A stretch of DNA of 43,831 bases, taken from a virus. Its lineage: Duplodnaviria > Caudoviricetes. The position numbers and the translations under genes are program-made. The notes beneath the pieces were generated by a model. That model searched no databases. It saw only the letters and a list, made by a program, of their open reading frames with translations, and was not told where the DNA came from. Where the stretch lies: positions 1 to 43,831 of the IMG/VR virus record IMGVR_UViG_3300022930_000006. The stretch is one strand, 5' to 3'. This document shows, piece by piece, positions 18,626 to 29,362 of this stretch (its first letter is position 1; the number at the start of each line of letters is the position of its first letter).

Positions 18626-19288
18626 TTAACGACTCCTACGCGGTGCTCTACGGTTTGGCTGACTCATAATGACGGGCTGTCCTGTGATGCGGAACCCGTA
18701 GCGCGAGACAAGTCGGTCAAGGTTATCATTATATTCATTACCAATAACACCGGCAAGGTCGTAGTCTTCATTGCGTTGAAGGACTCGCTTGAAAGCACCT
18801 AGTACTAATAGCTCTTGGAACTCTTCAGGTACTTCGGGGACATCAAGGTCATCTTCGAGAAGAGCGGGCTTTTTAATATAAGATACATCCATCTTGTACG
18901 GAAGATCAATCGGGCGAGAAGTATACATCTTACCTGCGTATGAAGTCCAGGCAACGATAGGTCCAGCCTCGTTAAGAATGGGAGTTGGGTATAGTTGGTT
19001 AAACAATTTGTAAGGAATCATCAACTTAGTGATGTCTCGTTGGCTACCGTCAGGATCACTAATTACGGCGCTCTGTAGTACCTGAAGGTCAGGTGGAAAT
19101 TCAAAAATGTAATTGTCTGATGGTAGGCTACCAGAGAAGATTTTCTCCATGAATGGTAGCTCGAAGCTATTAAAGATCTCTCTTTGAGTCGCGTTGATGA
19201 AGCGATCAACAACTCCTGAGTCGAAAGAAGTATCGTCTAGTTTGTCGTCAGTGACCTGATTGCGAATGTTCGAGAGGTTGTAATCCAT
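18626..19288 (-). CDS. Head-tail adaptor (tubular protein A-like)
   Basis: FINATQREI...DVPEVPEEFQELLVLGA motif. Confidence 0.75.
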   Translation of the reverse strand: MDYNLSNIRNQVTDDKLDDTSFDSGVVDRFINATQREIFNSFELPFMEKIFSGSLPSDNYIFEFPPDLQVLQSAVISDPDGSQRDITKLMIPYKLFNQLYPTPILNEAGPIVAWTSYAGKMYTSRPIDLPYKMDVSYIKKPALLEDDLDVPEVPEEFQELLVLGAFKRVLQRNEDYDLAGVIGNEYNDNLDRLVSRYGFRITGQPVIMSQPNRRAPRRSR

Positions 19289-19289
19289 G

Positions 19290-20783
19290 TTATGATTCTA
19301 CACCATATTCTCCGCCATCGTCAATGGTAGATGCTGTATATGTCCCTTGTGGTTTAATAACGTACTTATAGAAGCCATCTTCAGCCAATTCTCCAGCGAC
19401 AATTGTTCCATCAGGGAGTCGGAAATATCGGTAGTACCCTGGACCTTCGTTAACTGGGAGAGGGAAAGATTCTCCAATTCTTGATGTACCAGTAATATCG
19501 TGCTTGATCTGGATAATGACAGTAGCCGTACCACTGATGGTCTTGGTGACTGAACTTTGAATGCGCGACGTACCAGCGATTGTGCGTAAAATGCTTTTAG
19601 TAATGCGCGATACACCAGTCGTTGTGGCCTGGAAAGTTTTGGTGATGCGCGATGTACCAGTAATGATCTGGAGGCTGCTATTGCCGATACGTGCCGTACC
19701 CGATTGGGACTGCTGGATTGATTTTGTAATCCTTGAGATACCAGAAATATTATTAGGAAATGTTTTTGTAATTCTTGCAACACCTGTTTGAGTCTTAGGC
19801 TGGGGTTTTGCAATACTTGATAGACCATTGATGATGCTCAAAACGGTTTGCTGGATGCGAGAGATACCGCTCTGGTTCTGAGTTATAGTAGCTTCAATCC
19901 TAGAAGTACCTATAGTTGTACGAGTCGTTAGAACATCAGTAACCTGGATGTAGGCAAGACCTGTCTGATTCCTAGTGGTTGTGACCTCAATACGAGAAAC
20001 ACCAGTGACAGTGACTGGGATTGATTTCGTTACCCTAGAAGTACCTGTCTGTGTACGTGGGATTGACTTAGTAATACGAGAGATACCCGTTTGCGTATTA
20101 GGGAAGATCTTTGTAATCCTTGACGTACCAGTAATCGTCTGAGTCGTAGTGATCGAACCTGGTCGAAGTATTTCACCAGCAGCCTGCATACCCCAAGTCG
20201 AAGAACCCCACCCACCAACGATTCCGTTGATTGGCATGGATGTTGGACCCGAATTGATAATGTTAGCCGTACCTGTTTGATCTTGTGGACGTGTGTCGTT
20301 GGTCGTGACAGAGTAAGATACATCGTAAGTGTTTGAACCAATCCAACCGCCTCCGATAAAGAATGCTGTATTCTCACTTGAAATATAGTCGTCGTAGTAC
20401 CCAACGTTCAGACCATTGCTTGAGTCGCCTCCCCCGTAAGACACAATAACGGCGTAGTACGTATTAGGGAGTAAAGTATACGAAGCCATATTCGCTGTAT
20501 AAAAGGCATAACTAGTTGTGAGCCCAGTGACATTATAGCTAGGTGATATAGATAACTGTGTTGTTGGTATAGCGTCCACCCCTGGTGTTCCAGAAACAGA
20601 AAATAAGGCAACGTTATACGAGCCAGTTGGGGCACCTGTCTTCTTGAGGTAGAAGTTTATTCGTGCAAGGCTTCCGCCCGCCCCACTATTGAAGACTTGA
20701 GCAGCACCCGTTACACCTGCTCCGTAGAGCAAATACCCGGTTGTTGGGGGTGATCCTTGAGTCCTTAAAGCAATAGTAGCCAT
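19290..20783 (-). CDS. Virion protein with about 15 TGxSRI repeats
   Basis: Tandem 14-16 aa repeats after an N-terminal beta-sandwich. Confidence 0.7.
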   Translation of the reverse strand: MATIALRTQGSPPTTGYLLYGAGVTGAAQVFNSGAGGSLARINFYLKKTGAPTGSYNVALFSVSGTPGVDAIPTTQLSISPSYNVTGLTTSYAFYTANMASYTLLPNTYYAVIVSYGGGDSSNGLNVGYYDDYISSENTAFFIGGGWIGSNTYDVSYSVTTNDTRPQDQTGTANIINSGPTSMPINGIVGGWGSSTWGMQAAGEILRPGSITTTQTITGTSRITKIFPNTQTGISRITKSIPRTQTGTSRVTKSIPVTVTGVSRIEVTTTRNQTGLAYIQVTDVLTTRTTIGTSRIEATITQNQSGISRIQQTVLSIINGLSSIAKPQPKTQTGVARITKTFPNNISGISRITKSIQQSQSGTARIGNSSLQIITGTSRITKTFQATTTGVSRITKSILRTIAGTSRIQSSVTKTISGTATVIIQIKHDITGTSRIGESFPLPVNEGPGYYRYFRLPDGTIVAGELAEDGFYKYVIKPQGTYTASTIDDGGEYGVES

Positions 20784-20794
20784 GTCGTATTACC

Positions 20795-21184
20795 TTACGA
20801 CGTTGGCCGTCGTCCTTTGGCTGACCACGTAATAGTTGCACCGACAACCCCCGTAAATCCCAGGATACCAACAGATAGCAAGGGACGCTCTGCAATAGCG
20901 GTAAAGCCTGTCTTAGTTTCTTCGATCTTACGAAGACTAGACCCAGTAACATTCGAGTTTAGTGTCATCTGAACGCGTGGTATATTATCAAATGCGATTG
21001 GAAATGTCACAGAAATTGATCCACCAGATACACTCGCAATAACCCCCTCTTGGAGCATAATGTCAGTTGTAGTAACTTCCCAGTTTGTCGTACCTGGAGC
21101 GCTCCAGTCAGTATCGCTACCGCCTTGAATCATCCTGACATTACCGTTTAGAAGTTCTGATGCCGTTACTTTTGTTTCAGCCAT
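20795..21184 (-). CDS. gp53/H-lectin-like fibre-tip domain protein
   Basis: LQEG...VTFPIAFDNIPRV...TGFT motif. Confidence 0.6.
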   Translation of the reverse strand: MAETKVTASELLNGNVRMIQGGSDTDWSAPGTTNWEVTTTDIMLQEGVIASVSGGSISVTFPIAFDNIPRVQMTLNSNVTGSSLRKIEETKTGFTAIAERPLLSVGILGFTGVVGATITWSAKGRRPTS

Positions 21185-21537
21185 TATGCTGGCCCCACTG
21201 CTATCCATGATATTTGCTGGCCTGTTATTGCACTACCGGCTGGGTTAATAGTCGTGACAGAAGCTGTTGTAGTGGTCGAATTATTGAAACGAACATAACA
21301 GTTTGCGCTAACGTTGCCGAATTGATTGCCGCTCATTACAGGAGGTTGAGAGAATGGTTCTGGAAAGGTTATGGTCATACCGTCAGCGGTCACTATGACT
21401 ACACCCACCTGCACTTTATTAGGTGTGGTGGCAGTGTCATAATTTGTGGTCCCGCCGGTACTCCAGTTTGTAGCGTTGCCACCTTGACGGGCGACTACTT
21501 GATTTACCTGTCTTGCATTAAGTCTTTGTTTAGCCAT
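21184..21537 (-). CDS. gp53/H-lectin-like fibre-tip domain protein
   Basis: VQVG...ITFPEPFSQPPV...SWIAVG; paralogue of its neighbours. Confidence 0.65.
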   Translation of the reverse strand: MAKQRLNARQVNQVVARQGGNATNWSTGGTTNYDTATTPNKVQVGVVIVTADGMTITFPEPFSQPPVMSGNQFGNVSANCYVRFNNSTTTTASVTTINPAGSAITGQQISWIAVGPA

Positions 21538-21538
21538 A

Positions 21539-22753
21539 TTAAACTCCTATCGCTATCCAGTGAATATAAACGGTATTACCGGATGTCCAGTTAAATGATG
21601 AGTTGAACGTGCCAGCAGTTAGCGTTGCGCCGGTTGTACTTACTGTACGCGCCATTGCTGCGGCAGCCTGTACGTTAGCACCACCTGCCCCTAGTGTGCT
21701 ACTAGCACCAGCAGTGTCACCACCAAATGTGGCCAATACTATCGGCACTGAAGTAAATGCAGACCCGAAGGTTATCACGATGGTGGCATTCGGTGTTGTA
21801 CTTGACACGGGAATCGCCACCCAACCCGTCTCAATTCTTGGGTTTGTCACTGTATTGCTTGTGTTATTCTGTCGTCCTGTACCAACGAGAGGCAACCTTG
21901 CTAAAGCGTCAAGTGGGAATAGTGTATTAGCTGTGGGAGTTGATGAAGCATGTAAGTTATCGACGGTATCAGCATTACCGCTTACTGAAGCAGCGAACTG
22001 ATAGTTCACCATAATATCGTCACCTGTCAATGGTGCATCTGACATTGTGAATCCGCCCGTTGCTGGACTATTCTCAAAGAAGTGTACTCCTCGCTTCTGT
22101 TTATCACCGTTAATGTAAACTTCGAGGGATGCTCCAATATATGGGCGGTTCGTTGTATAGACTGTGTTGCCCCCGACAGCACCAGCTGGCACTTCATCAG
22201 TGATGAGACTGTTAGATCCTTGAATCATTACCTGGGAACCAACGATACCATTAACGAGAAGCTTAGCGCCAGTTGCTGGGGCTGATGCAAAAGTGATTGT
22301 ATTGCCTGAAATAGTATAGTCGTTACCAGCACCAGATTGCATACGGACACCGTTCTTAAATACTTCGACTGATGAGTAGAGTTGTGAGGTTGTGAAAGTA
22401 GTTAGTGCACCGTTTGGAGTTCCTCCGAGCACTTCACCAATCACGATACTAGAGGTGTATACGTCTTCAGTGTAAACACCATTAGTAATAATCCAACCAG
22501 CAACGACAGTCTTGGCGGTTGTACTCTTCTGAGCACGAACGATTGTAAGCGTGTCAGTGGAGACAGCCGTAACAAGAACTATCTCGCTTGTGCCTGGAGT
22601 TGAAAGGCTCGCAGGGGGCGTTAGAGTGGCGTAGAAGGGCGCTGTTGGGAAGTAGGTACCAGTGGCAGCGGTAACAACAAGAGATAATCCAGTAGTTGCT
22701 GGACTTGGGGCGGTCGCTACGAAGCTTGCCGCGAGATTCTTGGTGTTAGCCAT
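21539..22753 (-). CDS. Tail fibre protein
   Basis: EIVLVTA..TDTLTIVRAQ N-terminal domain; two V(F/Y)xNG...DY repeats; C-terminal ITFGSAFTSVP...HWIAIG. Confidence 0.75.
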   Translation of the reverse strand: MANTKNLAASFVATAPSPATTGLSLVVTAATGTYFPTAPFYATLTPPASLSTPGTSEIVLVTAVSTDTLTIVRAQKSTTAKTVVAGWIITNGVYTEDVYTSSIVIGEVLGGTPNGALTTFTTSQLYSSVEVFKNGVRMQSGAGNDYTISGNTITFASAPATGAKLLVNGIVGSQVMIQGSNSLITDEVPAGAVGGNTVYTTNRPYIGASLEVYINGDKQKRGVHFFENSPATGGFTMSDAPLTGDDIMVNYQFAASVSGNADTVDNLHASSTPTANTLFPLDALARLPLVGTGRQNNTSNTVTNPRIETGWVAIPVSSTTPNATIVITFGSAFTSVPIVLATFGGDTAGASSTLGAGGANVQAAAAMARTVSTTGATLTAGTFNSSFNWTSGNTVYIHWIAIGV

Positions 22754-23153
22754 TGATGTAAAGTACTTTCTTCTCTATTTCACCATCAGGGTTTTTGCCC
22801 TCATAGCCGATGACGTAACGGCTCACATGAGCCACTTGCCATTCTCCATTTATATTATCACGTATAGTTTCTCGATAATAGATCAGTTTACGCTCAGTGA
22901 GTGGAACTTGTTCAAGGGAGAATTGGTCAGTCTCATCTTCTGGACGGAACATACCAGTTTCAAGATTGATACCGAAACCACCAACCCAGAACATCTTTAG
23001 CTGGCCGTCATACTCTAAGACGTCACGAAAAGCCGATGGATTCCATTCGGCTGAGTCGTCATGCTTTGAATAGCGGTCATCGTGAGGTTGATTAATGGTG
23101 TGGCCATCTTCAAAGTCCGCCTGCCAAAGATGTGTTAGGTTTGCTGTCGCCAT
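22746..23153 (-). CDS. Hypothetical protein in the structural module
   Basis: SD AAGGAG; 135 aa. Confidence 0.75.
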   Translation of the reverse strand: MATANLTHLWQADFEDGHTINQPHDDRYSKHDDSAEWNPSAFRDVLEYDGQLKMFWVGGFGINLETGMFRPEDETDQFSLEQVPLTERKLIYYRETIRDNINGEWQVAHVSRYVIGYEGKNPDGEIEKKVLYING

Positions 23154-23197
23154 GGTATTGACTCCTTCGGCATTGTATTGCCTGATATGTTAATGTA

Positions 23198-23725
23198 CTA
23201 GTTTTCGTTGTACTGAAGTGTGAGCGTGACAGTTGCAGTGTCGCCTTGTGAGGCACCTGTAGTTGTCTGTAGCTGAGTTGCAAGGTACTGAGTGAATCCA
23301 GCAGCAGCTAGTGTAGTCGTTGGGCTTGCGCCTTCTGGACCAACTGTACTGAACAGAACCGTTTGACCTGAACCGATAGCGATTGCTGTCGTCATAGTCT
23401 GGGTTAGTGCCGCGTTAGTCGTCGTAGAAGGTGTTGCGTACGTTGAAGTAACGACACCCTTTAGAGTAAGACCTGAGCCGTACGTACCAGCGGTGTGTGC
23501 CCAAAGGCCTGCGCTAATTTGGTTGAATGTTCCTGTAAACTTACCGAATTGATATTTAGTAAAGCTGTTGTTACCAGCTGTAATTGGTGAGCTACCGTAT
23601 GCAGTAGCGACGTCATCGACGTTCTTCCAGTTGACCTGAGTAACGGCTGTGTTTCGAGTCGTACCTTTTGCAGGGCTTCCTGTAGCGGCACCGTTGTCCT
23701 CGTTGAACTCGAATGTTGCAGCCAT
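23198..23725 (-). CDS. Putative virion decoration or structural protein
   Basis: T/A/G-rich beta protein just after the capsid terminator. Confidence 0.6.
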   Translation of the reverse strand: MAATFEFNEDNGAATGSPAKGTTRNTAVTQVNWKNVDDVATAYGSSPITAGNNSFTKYQFGKFTGTFNQISAGLWAHTAGTYGSGLTLKGVVTSTYATPSTTTNAALTQTMTTAIAIGSGQTVLFSTVGPEGASPTTTLAAAGFTQYLATQLQTTTGASQGDTATVTLTLQYNEN

Positions 23726-23773
23726 TAATATAATCTCCTTGGGTTGATAAACCTATTAAACCACAAATTTGAC

Positions 23774-23807
23774 AAAAGAAATAGTCCCTTGCGGGACTAA
23801 ATCTTTA
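23774..23807 (-). terminator. Intrinsic terminator after the major capsid gene
   Basis: TAGTCCC-GCAA-GGGACTA followed by TTTCTTTT on the minus strand. Confidence 0.75.
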
Positions 23808-23837
23808 TTGTACTGAACAGCGTATGGCTAGTATAGA

Positions 23838-24698
23838 CTAGGCTTGTGTACGTTGCAAGACAACAGCGTGGTCAGGACGGATAGTCTTAACACCCCAAAG
23901 AGTTGAACCAGTGATGATATCAGTCTTTTTAAGGATGTCGCGATCGTATTCGACTTCTGGCTTGATCTGGACAGCTGCGGCAAACGCGCTCTTGTGGAAG
24001 AGCATGTTCTTTGCAGAACCACCAGCTTTAGCAACTTGGTTAGTCCAGTAAACTGGAGCACCGTAGATAGTACCAACGAAACCAGGGTTCGCGTCGTTAC
24101 CACCGTTAGTTACTAGGCCTTCTTTACCAGTCTTCTCGTAGAAGGTGAACTCAGCGAGTTTACGAAGGTCGGCAAGACCAAGTGCGTTAACTACGAGAAC
24201 ACGACCTTCTTGTGGCACGTCAGCTGCGTCAAGCAGTGAGTGCGCGTCGATGATACCGTTAAAGGTTAGGTTGGCAACAGCAGTTTGCTTGTTAGCAGTC
24301 AGAACGTTTGTCCATTCAGCCATGATGTCAGTGTCGATAGCTTTCGCAAGAGCGTAGCTAATTTCGCTAACGTATGGTGCACGGAGGTCGTAAGCGGCTT
24401 GCTTTTTAAGCATGTCCTGCAATTCAACACCTACACCGAAGTACTGGTCGATAACGAGAGTTTGTTCAACTTCTGTGTTAGCGATAGGAACGATTGGTGA
24501 ACCTGGTGTGATTGCTGTAGCTGTTAGTGGTGAAATACTTGTAATGTGAACAGTATCACCTTGGTTGAGAACAGCAGACTCAAATTGGTGGTCGATTAGC
24601 TTGAGTGCAACAAGCTTAGCACGACGGTTTTCTTGGATATCTTTTGCCCATACTTCTGGGATAAAGACAGCACCTGTGGTTGGGGTTTGTACAGCCAT
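23838..24698 (-). CDS. Major capsid protein (HK97 fold, podovirus-type)
   Basis: FIPEVWAKDI, GDTVHI, LVIDQ, ALAKAID, FHKSA and LWGVKTIRPD motifs. Confidence 0.9.
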   Translation of the reverse strand: MAVQTPTTGAVFIPEVWAKDIQENRRAKLVALKLIDHQFESAVLNQGDTVHITSISPLTATAITPGSPIVPIANTEVEQTLVIDQYFGVGVELQDMLKKQAAYDLRAPYVSEISYALAKAIDTDIMAEWTNVLTANKQTAVANLTFNGIIDAHSLLDAADVPQEGRVLVVNALGLADLRKLAEFTFYEKTGKEGLVTNGGNDANPGFVGTIYGAPVYWTNQVAKAGGSAKNMLFHKSAFAAAVQIKPEVEYDRDILKKTDIITGSTLWGVKTIRPDHAVVLQRTQA

Positions 24699-24723
24699 TA
24701 AGGTTGTCTCCTAGTGAAATTTA

Positions 24724-25545
24724 TTAGTAAAGATCACCACGTGCAACGGCAGCATCCAACATCTTACGGTGTTCTGGATTGAACGGATCATACTCGTTTT
24801 CCACCCATTCAGCGTTGATCTTAGTGTCTCCACTCGCTGATGATGTACTTGCGTGTGCGCTATCCGCGCCTGCTTCTTGCTTCTTCCTCAGTTCTTCCCG
24901 CTCTTCACGACGACCAGCATCTCTAGCCGCATCAGAATCGAATGCACCTTCTGCAAATTTTGCTTCGCGTAGTAGACGAGGTAGGTTCTTGGCTAGTTGA
25001 CGCGCTGCGTCGGGGCCAAAGTCCTCTTTCTCTTTAAGAAGGATTTCCGCCATCTTAGCTTCATACGCACGATCTTCGGGATTTTGGTCCCAGAAATCTT
25101 GTTTCTGTTGCCGAGCGTCAAGCAATGCCTGTCGCTTCTCGATGTCTGCGATCCTATCAGTGCCTTCCGGCGCGTATAGGTCTGTTACTTCTTTGTCTAG
25201 CTTCTTTGAATTGCCAGCTTCTATTTCCTTGCGCTTTTCTGCTGAGTTCTTTTTCAACTGTGTGAGCAGTTTCTTCTCGTTGGCAGTCAACGTTGTAGGG
25301 TCATAGCCTTGGCTCTTTGCGAAAGCTGTAATATCTTCTTCTGAATTGTCGTTTGAACTTTCTTCGGTGGTCGAAGATTTGTCGTCCGAGCCAGAATCGG
25401 TAGATTGCTCTGTTGATTCTGTTTCAGTTTCGTTTCCTTCAACCGCTGATGATTGTTCAGTGTTCTTGTCATCTAGTAGAGGCTCGTTTGTGATGCCGCT
25501 AGAATCCTGGTCACTGTCGCCAGTAGGGGTTGTTGTTTCCGTCAT
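24724..25545 (-). CDS. Capsid scaffolding protein
   Basis: Acidic disordered N-terminus and coiled coil, between portal and capsid genes. Confidence 0.7.
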   Translation of the reverse strand: MTETTTPTGDSDQDSSGITNEPLLDDKNTEQSSAVEGNETETESTEQSTDSGSDDKSSTTEESSNDNSEEDITAFAKSQGYDPTTLTANEKKLLTQLKKNSAEKRKEIEAGNSKKLDKEVTDLYAPEGTDRIADIEKRQALLDARQQKQDFWDQNPEDRAYEAKMAEILLKEKEDFGPDAARQLAKNLPRLLREAKFAEGAFDSDAARDAGRREEREELRKKQEAGADSAHASTSSASGDTKINAEWVENEYDPFNPEHRKMLDAAVARGDLY

Positions 25546-25593
25546 GGATACTCCTGAGTTAAATTGTGGTAAAGTACAACATTATTCTTCAAG

Positions 25594-25869
25594 CTATTCG
25601 CTAAAAAGTCTAATGTATGTTTTGATAATATCAATACCTGCTCGCCTTTGCAATAGGAAATTCATATATTCGCCAGTGATGGGGTGCTTCTCACCGTTAA
25701 TGGTTATCGTGCCTTCTGTGGCGTCAGCGATAAGACGCTCACCATTGACTTCCATAAAATTCATCATCTCTTTATATGCGAGAGTCTTACTAAAATCACG
25801 CCATTCACCTCGGATGAGGGAGTCTGCTTTAGGGTCTTCGCCGATAACGTTCTTAATTGGGGTTGGCAT
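25594..25869 (-). CDS. Hypothetical protein after the portal (Bbp19-like position)
   Basis: Start MPTPIK after AAAGGAGG. Confidence 0.7.
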   Translation of the reverse strand: MPTPIKNVIGEDPKADSLIRGEWRDFSKTLAYKEMMNFMEVNGERLIADATEGTITINGEKHPITGEYMNFLLQRRAGIDIIKTYIRLFSE

Positions 25870-25879
25870 GTAGCCTCCT

Positions 25880-27652
25880 TTACATTGTTGGTAGTGGACC
25901 GCTAGCAGCGCCGCCTGGGGCTGACATCTGCTGCATCTGTGCATCTATTGGAGGTAGGGACTTAGGCATTGCTTGTCCTTCGGGAGGTAAGAGCTTACGC
26001 ATCTGTTCTTCCGATACGTCCAGCATTGACTCAAAGTAAAGACGCATGAGTTCTCGTTGGTCAACATAAGGACTATTCGTAGCAAGTTGATGGATAACAG
26101 CATACTTCTGGCCCTCTTCGACACGTTGTGCCTTGGTTGTTGATTCGAGTTGGATCTTAGGTTCGTACTCATCGACGTACTCGTTAGGATCGTAGTCTTG
26201 CCAGTTCACACCATCTGGACCGACAACACGGACGGCCATTGGTTGAGTGACGAAGAGTTGGATCATCTTGTAGGTGATACGACCGAGTTGAGCAAGGCCT
26301 TCGTTCTCGATGGTCGTGTTCTTCGTTGAGAAGCGTTGTCCTGCTTGTGCTTGCTGGGTTTGAACCTCAGTCGCAGTAACGCGTCCTTGTTGCTGAGAGA
26401 CACCTTGTACGACCTCGTCAGCGGCTGTAGCACGTCGCATCTCACCTTGGATACGTTGCATTTCAATATCAGCGTCTGAACCGATCATCTGTTTCTCAAT
26501 AGGAGTCAAAGCTCCGGCTGGAATAGGGAAGACTGCACCAGGTAATGATTCAATCTGATCTGCGAGGTGTTTGTACTGAGGGTCAATCTGCCACATGTTG
26601 TTAAGCGCATAAGTAAGGTTATCGTGCTTCTGAGAACTGACATCGTTAAGCGCTTCCTGGCGAGGCAAAATAATCTCGACATCACCCTTGGCGTAGAAAA
26701 GACTACTATCAACATAATTACGTAGAATTGCAAATGGTAAGAAGCCTTTGATCTCACCGATCTTAACTTGTACTGGTTCCATTGGCATACCATCTTTATC
26801 AAGTGATACAGTTTTGGTCTTAGCTTTGCGGCTGTAAGGGTTCTCACCGTTATAAATGACAGTCTCGCGGTTTGCAATCAAGATCTTTTTCTTACGGGTG
26901 TAGTATACAACCACTTCGACCTGGTTGTCTTTAGCAGCGTCAGTGTCCAGGGTGCTGCCAAGGAACATTTCTTTTTGCTGCTTGTCTGTCGCATCGTCGT
27001 TAGTTGAATTAGCTTTGATCTGGTCTAGGTTCTTGTAGAGAAGTTCCATTTCACCAGTCTCAGGGTTAACGATCTTGCGGTTTTTAAGTTCATCAACAGT
27101 TGTGAGGAAACGGTAGCCAGCGTACTTAGGGTAGCCAGCGCTACCTGGTTTGTTCATGTGAGTAGCGGTAGGGTCTACGAAAAAGTCCTGGAGAGGGATG
27201 TTGGTGTATTGAACCATGTCGCCTTCCCATGACGCCATCATGATACCGTTACCGTATACGAGCATGTCTTGTCCCCAGTTGAGAGACTTTTGGGTCATGT
27301 CATTTTGAGACCAATAGAAATCAACCAAGTTATTGAGGACTTCAGTATCTTGCTTCTGCTCTTCTTTTAGTGGAACGAAGTTGAACTTAGGACGACCGCC
27401 AAAGACGTTAGCCTTGACTGTTTCGATAATAGTAAAGGTTTCAGGTACGAAGTCGTCAGACACACCTTCATATCCACGAAGGGTACGAATGCCGTTATAA
27501 CACTTCCAACAATCGTTCCAGATTCCCTGATAGCTCTTTTTAATGTAGTCACGAGAAGCCGTAAAGTCTGCGATGACTAAGCGTCGGATGCTATCGTCAG
27601 CACTTTTCTTATCTACCTCGTTAAGGTTCGGTGTGATGTTTTCTTCGTTCAT
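25880..27652 (-). CDS. Portal protein
   Basis: 590 aa after TerL; DMLVYGNG, DFFVDP, LPF and TATEV motifs. Confidence 0.9.
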   Translation of the reverse strand: MNEENITPNLNEVDKKSADDSIRRLVIADFTASRDYIKKSYQGIWNDCWKCYNGIRTLRGYEGVSDDFVPETFTIIETVKANVFGGRPKFNFVPLKEEQKQDTEVLNNLVDFYWSQNDMTQKSLNWGQDMLVYGNGIMMASWEGDMVQYTNIPLQDFFVDPTATHMNKPGSAGYPKYAGYRFLTTVDELKNRKIVNPETGEMELLYKNLDQIKANSTNDDATDKQQKEMFLGSTLDTDAAKDNQVEVVVYYTRKKKILIANRETVIYNGENPYSRKAKTKTVSLDKDGMPMEPVQVKIGEIKGFLPFAILRNYVDSSLFYAKGDVEIILPRQEALNDVSSQKHDNLTYALNNMWQIDPQYKHLADQIESLPGAVFPIPAGALTPIEKQMIGSDADIEMQRIQGEMRRATAADEVVQGVSQQQGRVTATEVQTQQAQAGQRFSTKNTTIENEGLAQLGRITYKMIQLFVTQPMAVRVVGPDGVNWQDYDPNEYVDEYEPKIQLESTTKAQRVEEGQKYAVIHQLATNSPYVDQRELMRLYFESMLDVSEEQMRKLLPPEGQAMPKSLPPIDAQMQQMSAPGGAASGPLPTM

Positions 27653-27658
27653 ATAGTC

Positions 27659-29362
27659 CTACTTTACCATCTTGTGCTTACGTTTACTAGAATGACTTCT
27701 TGACGGTTTGACAACTTTGAGGTCTGACTTGTTATTTGCCGACCAGTCGAACATCTGAAGGGCAATAGCCTTGGCAATGATCGTGTCGTCATGTGATCCA
27801 ACTTCAGCGTTAGTCTTACCACGATCGTCTCGAACGTAAGAGAAGGCTTCCTCAACGAACACAATGTCAGGGTCCATGATGTAACCTTCACGAATAGCTT
27901 CAGCTAAGTAGTCAACCATCAGCGGTTTAGTCCGAACGTCAGTCTTCCAACCAAAGCTACTTGTCATCGTCTCAAAGACTTCATCGTAACCACGTTCACG
28001 GCGGTAAAGGTTTCGGTAGAATAGGTTACGTAAGCGCTGAACAGTCGTCAGCCCGTGGTTGTTAATCTCAACACCAACGAGTGCATAGCCATAGAAGCGG
28101 CCGAGTTGTTCAAGGATAGTACCAAATTGGTCCGGGTCCGGGTGTCCACGGTAACGAGCGACGGTCTTCATGTCGCTTACGCGCACAACGTCAGCTACAG
28201 AGTAGTCTCCCTGGACGAGTCCTTCAGCGACGTCTGCACCGATCACGTACTCTTCGTAGTGCTTCGGCATCTCCCATATCTTTAGAAGACCATCTTTTTC
28301 TTCATCGACGAATACTTCATGGTTCAGTTCTCGGATGTTATAAGTTTTAGCCTTCACTGTCTGCTTCTCCATGTGAGAGAGAGCCTTGATGTTAAAGACT
28401 GTCTGGCCACTCGCGATAAAGGCTTCGTGTGCAGTAGAAGGGTACTCTTGAAGAAGACGTTCCGGCGTGGCGGTAAATTCACGTTCCTTATAGCGACGGA
28501 AGCGCATCTTAGCCTGGATCTTATCTTCGGGGATCTGATAAAGGGTATTACCGATCTTGATACCCTCACGCATCAATTCAACAATGTCCACTTCGTCGGG
28601 ACTAAATTCTTTAATGTCAGCGCCTTCCATTTCGTACTCGGCTTGAATCCACCAAGGGAAGAAGAATGGCTCAAAGACAGTGTCGCCTTTAACGCTGTTC
28701 ATCCATTCTTTATAGAAGTAGTTACCGCGCCCTTCAGCGGTAGACTCTAAGAAGATCATCGTCCCCGGTTGAACAGGTACTGTTTGGAGTAATGAGGCTA
28801 CAAGTTCTTCACCATTGTCCCAAGAGGCCACCTCCGAGCCGTGGAGTAGTTGAATGGTGTCCGAACGACCAGCTGAAGTGTTTTTGGCAGTAGCGGTTTT
28901 AATGACTGAGTTGAGTCCGACTTGGTTGCCGTTTTCATCTTCTCTAGCAAAACTAAGGTCTGAACGGGTGTCGTATTTACGAGAAGGCTTGAAGAGTGGG
29001 TTCGAGTTATCATAGTACCTCTTGAACATGTTATACAGGTTACGACTGGCCACATCCTCGTGGGCAATAATAGCTGCGGTAATATTTTGGTGGGTTGACG
29101 TGTACCAGTAGATAAGGGCTTCCACAGCGGTAGAAAGTCCCATCTGACGAGCCTTTAGAATGATAATACGGATAGGCTTTCCCTCTAATAGAAGAGTAAG
29201 TACTCGGTCAATCAACTCTTTTTGGGCGATGTTAGGAACAAAAGGTACAATCTTGGCTGATTTGTCCTTGATCCAGAGGTTGTTAGCGGCGTAACGATAG
29301 AAATCCTTGCTGATTTCCAGCAGTTTTCTATTCTGTGCTTCGCTTAGTATCAGTTCGCTCAT
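27659..29362 (-). CDS. terL: Terminase large subunit
   Basis: ILKARQMGLST Walker A, LHGSEVA Walker B, ESTA, GADVAEG and HDD nuclease motifs. Confidence 0.95.
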   Translation of the reverse strand: MSELILSEAQNRKLLEISKDFYRYAANNLWIKDKSAKIVPFVPNIAQKELIDRVLTLLLEGKPIRIIILKARQMGLSTAVEALIYWYTSTHQNITAAIIAHEDVASRNLYNMFKRYYDNSNPLFKPSRKYDTRSDLSFAREDENGNQVGLNSVIKTATAKNTSAGRSDTIQLLHGSEVASWDNGEELVASLLQTVPVQPGTMIFLESTAEGRGNYFYKEWMNSVKGDTVFEPFFFPWWIQAEYEMEGADIKEFSPDEVDIVELMREGIKIGNTLYQIPEDKIQAKMRFRRYKEREFTATPERLLQEYPSTAHEAFIASGQTVFNIKALSHMEKQTVKAKTYNIRELNHEVFVDEEKDGLLKIWEMPKHYEEYVIGADVAEGLVQGDYSVADVVRVSDMKTVARYRGHPDPDQFGTILEQLGRFYGYALVGVEINNHGLTTVQRLRNLFYRNLYRRERGYDEVFETMTSSFGWKTDVRTKPLMVDYLAEAIREGYIMDPDIVFVEEAFSYVRDDRGKTNAEVGSHDDTIIAKAIALQMFDWSANNKSDLKVVKPSRSHSSKRKHKMVK

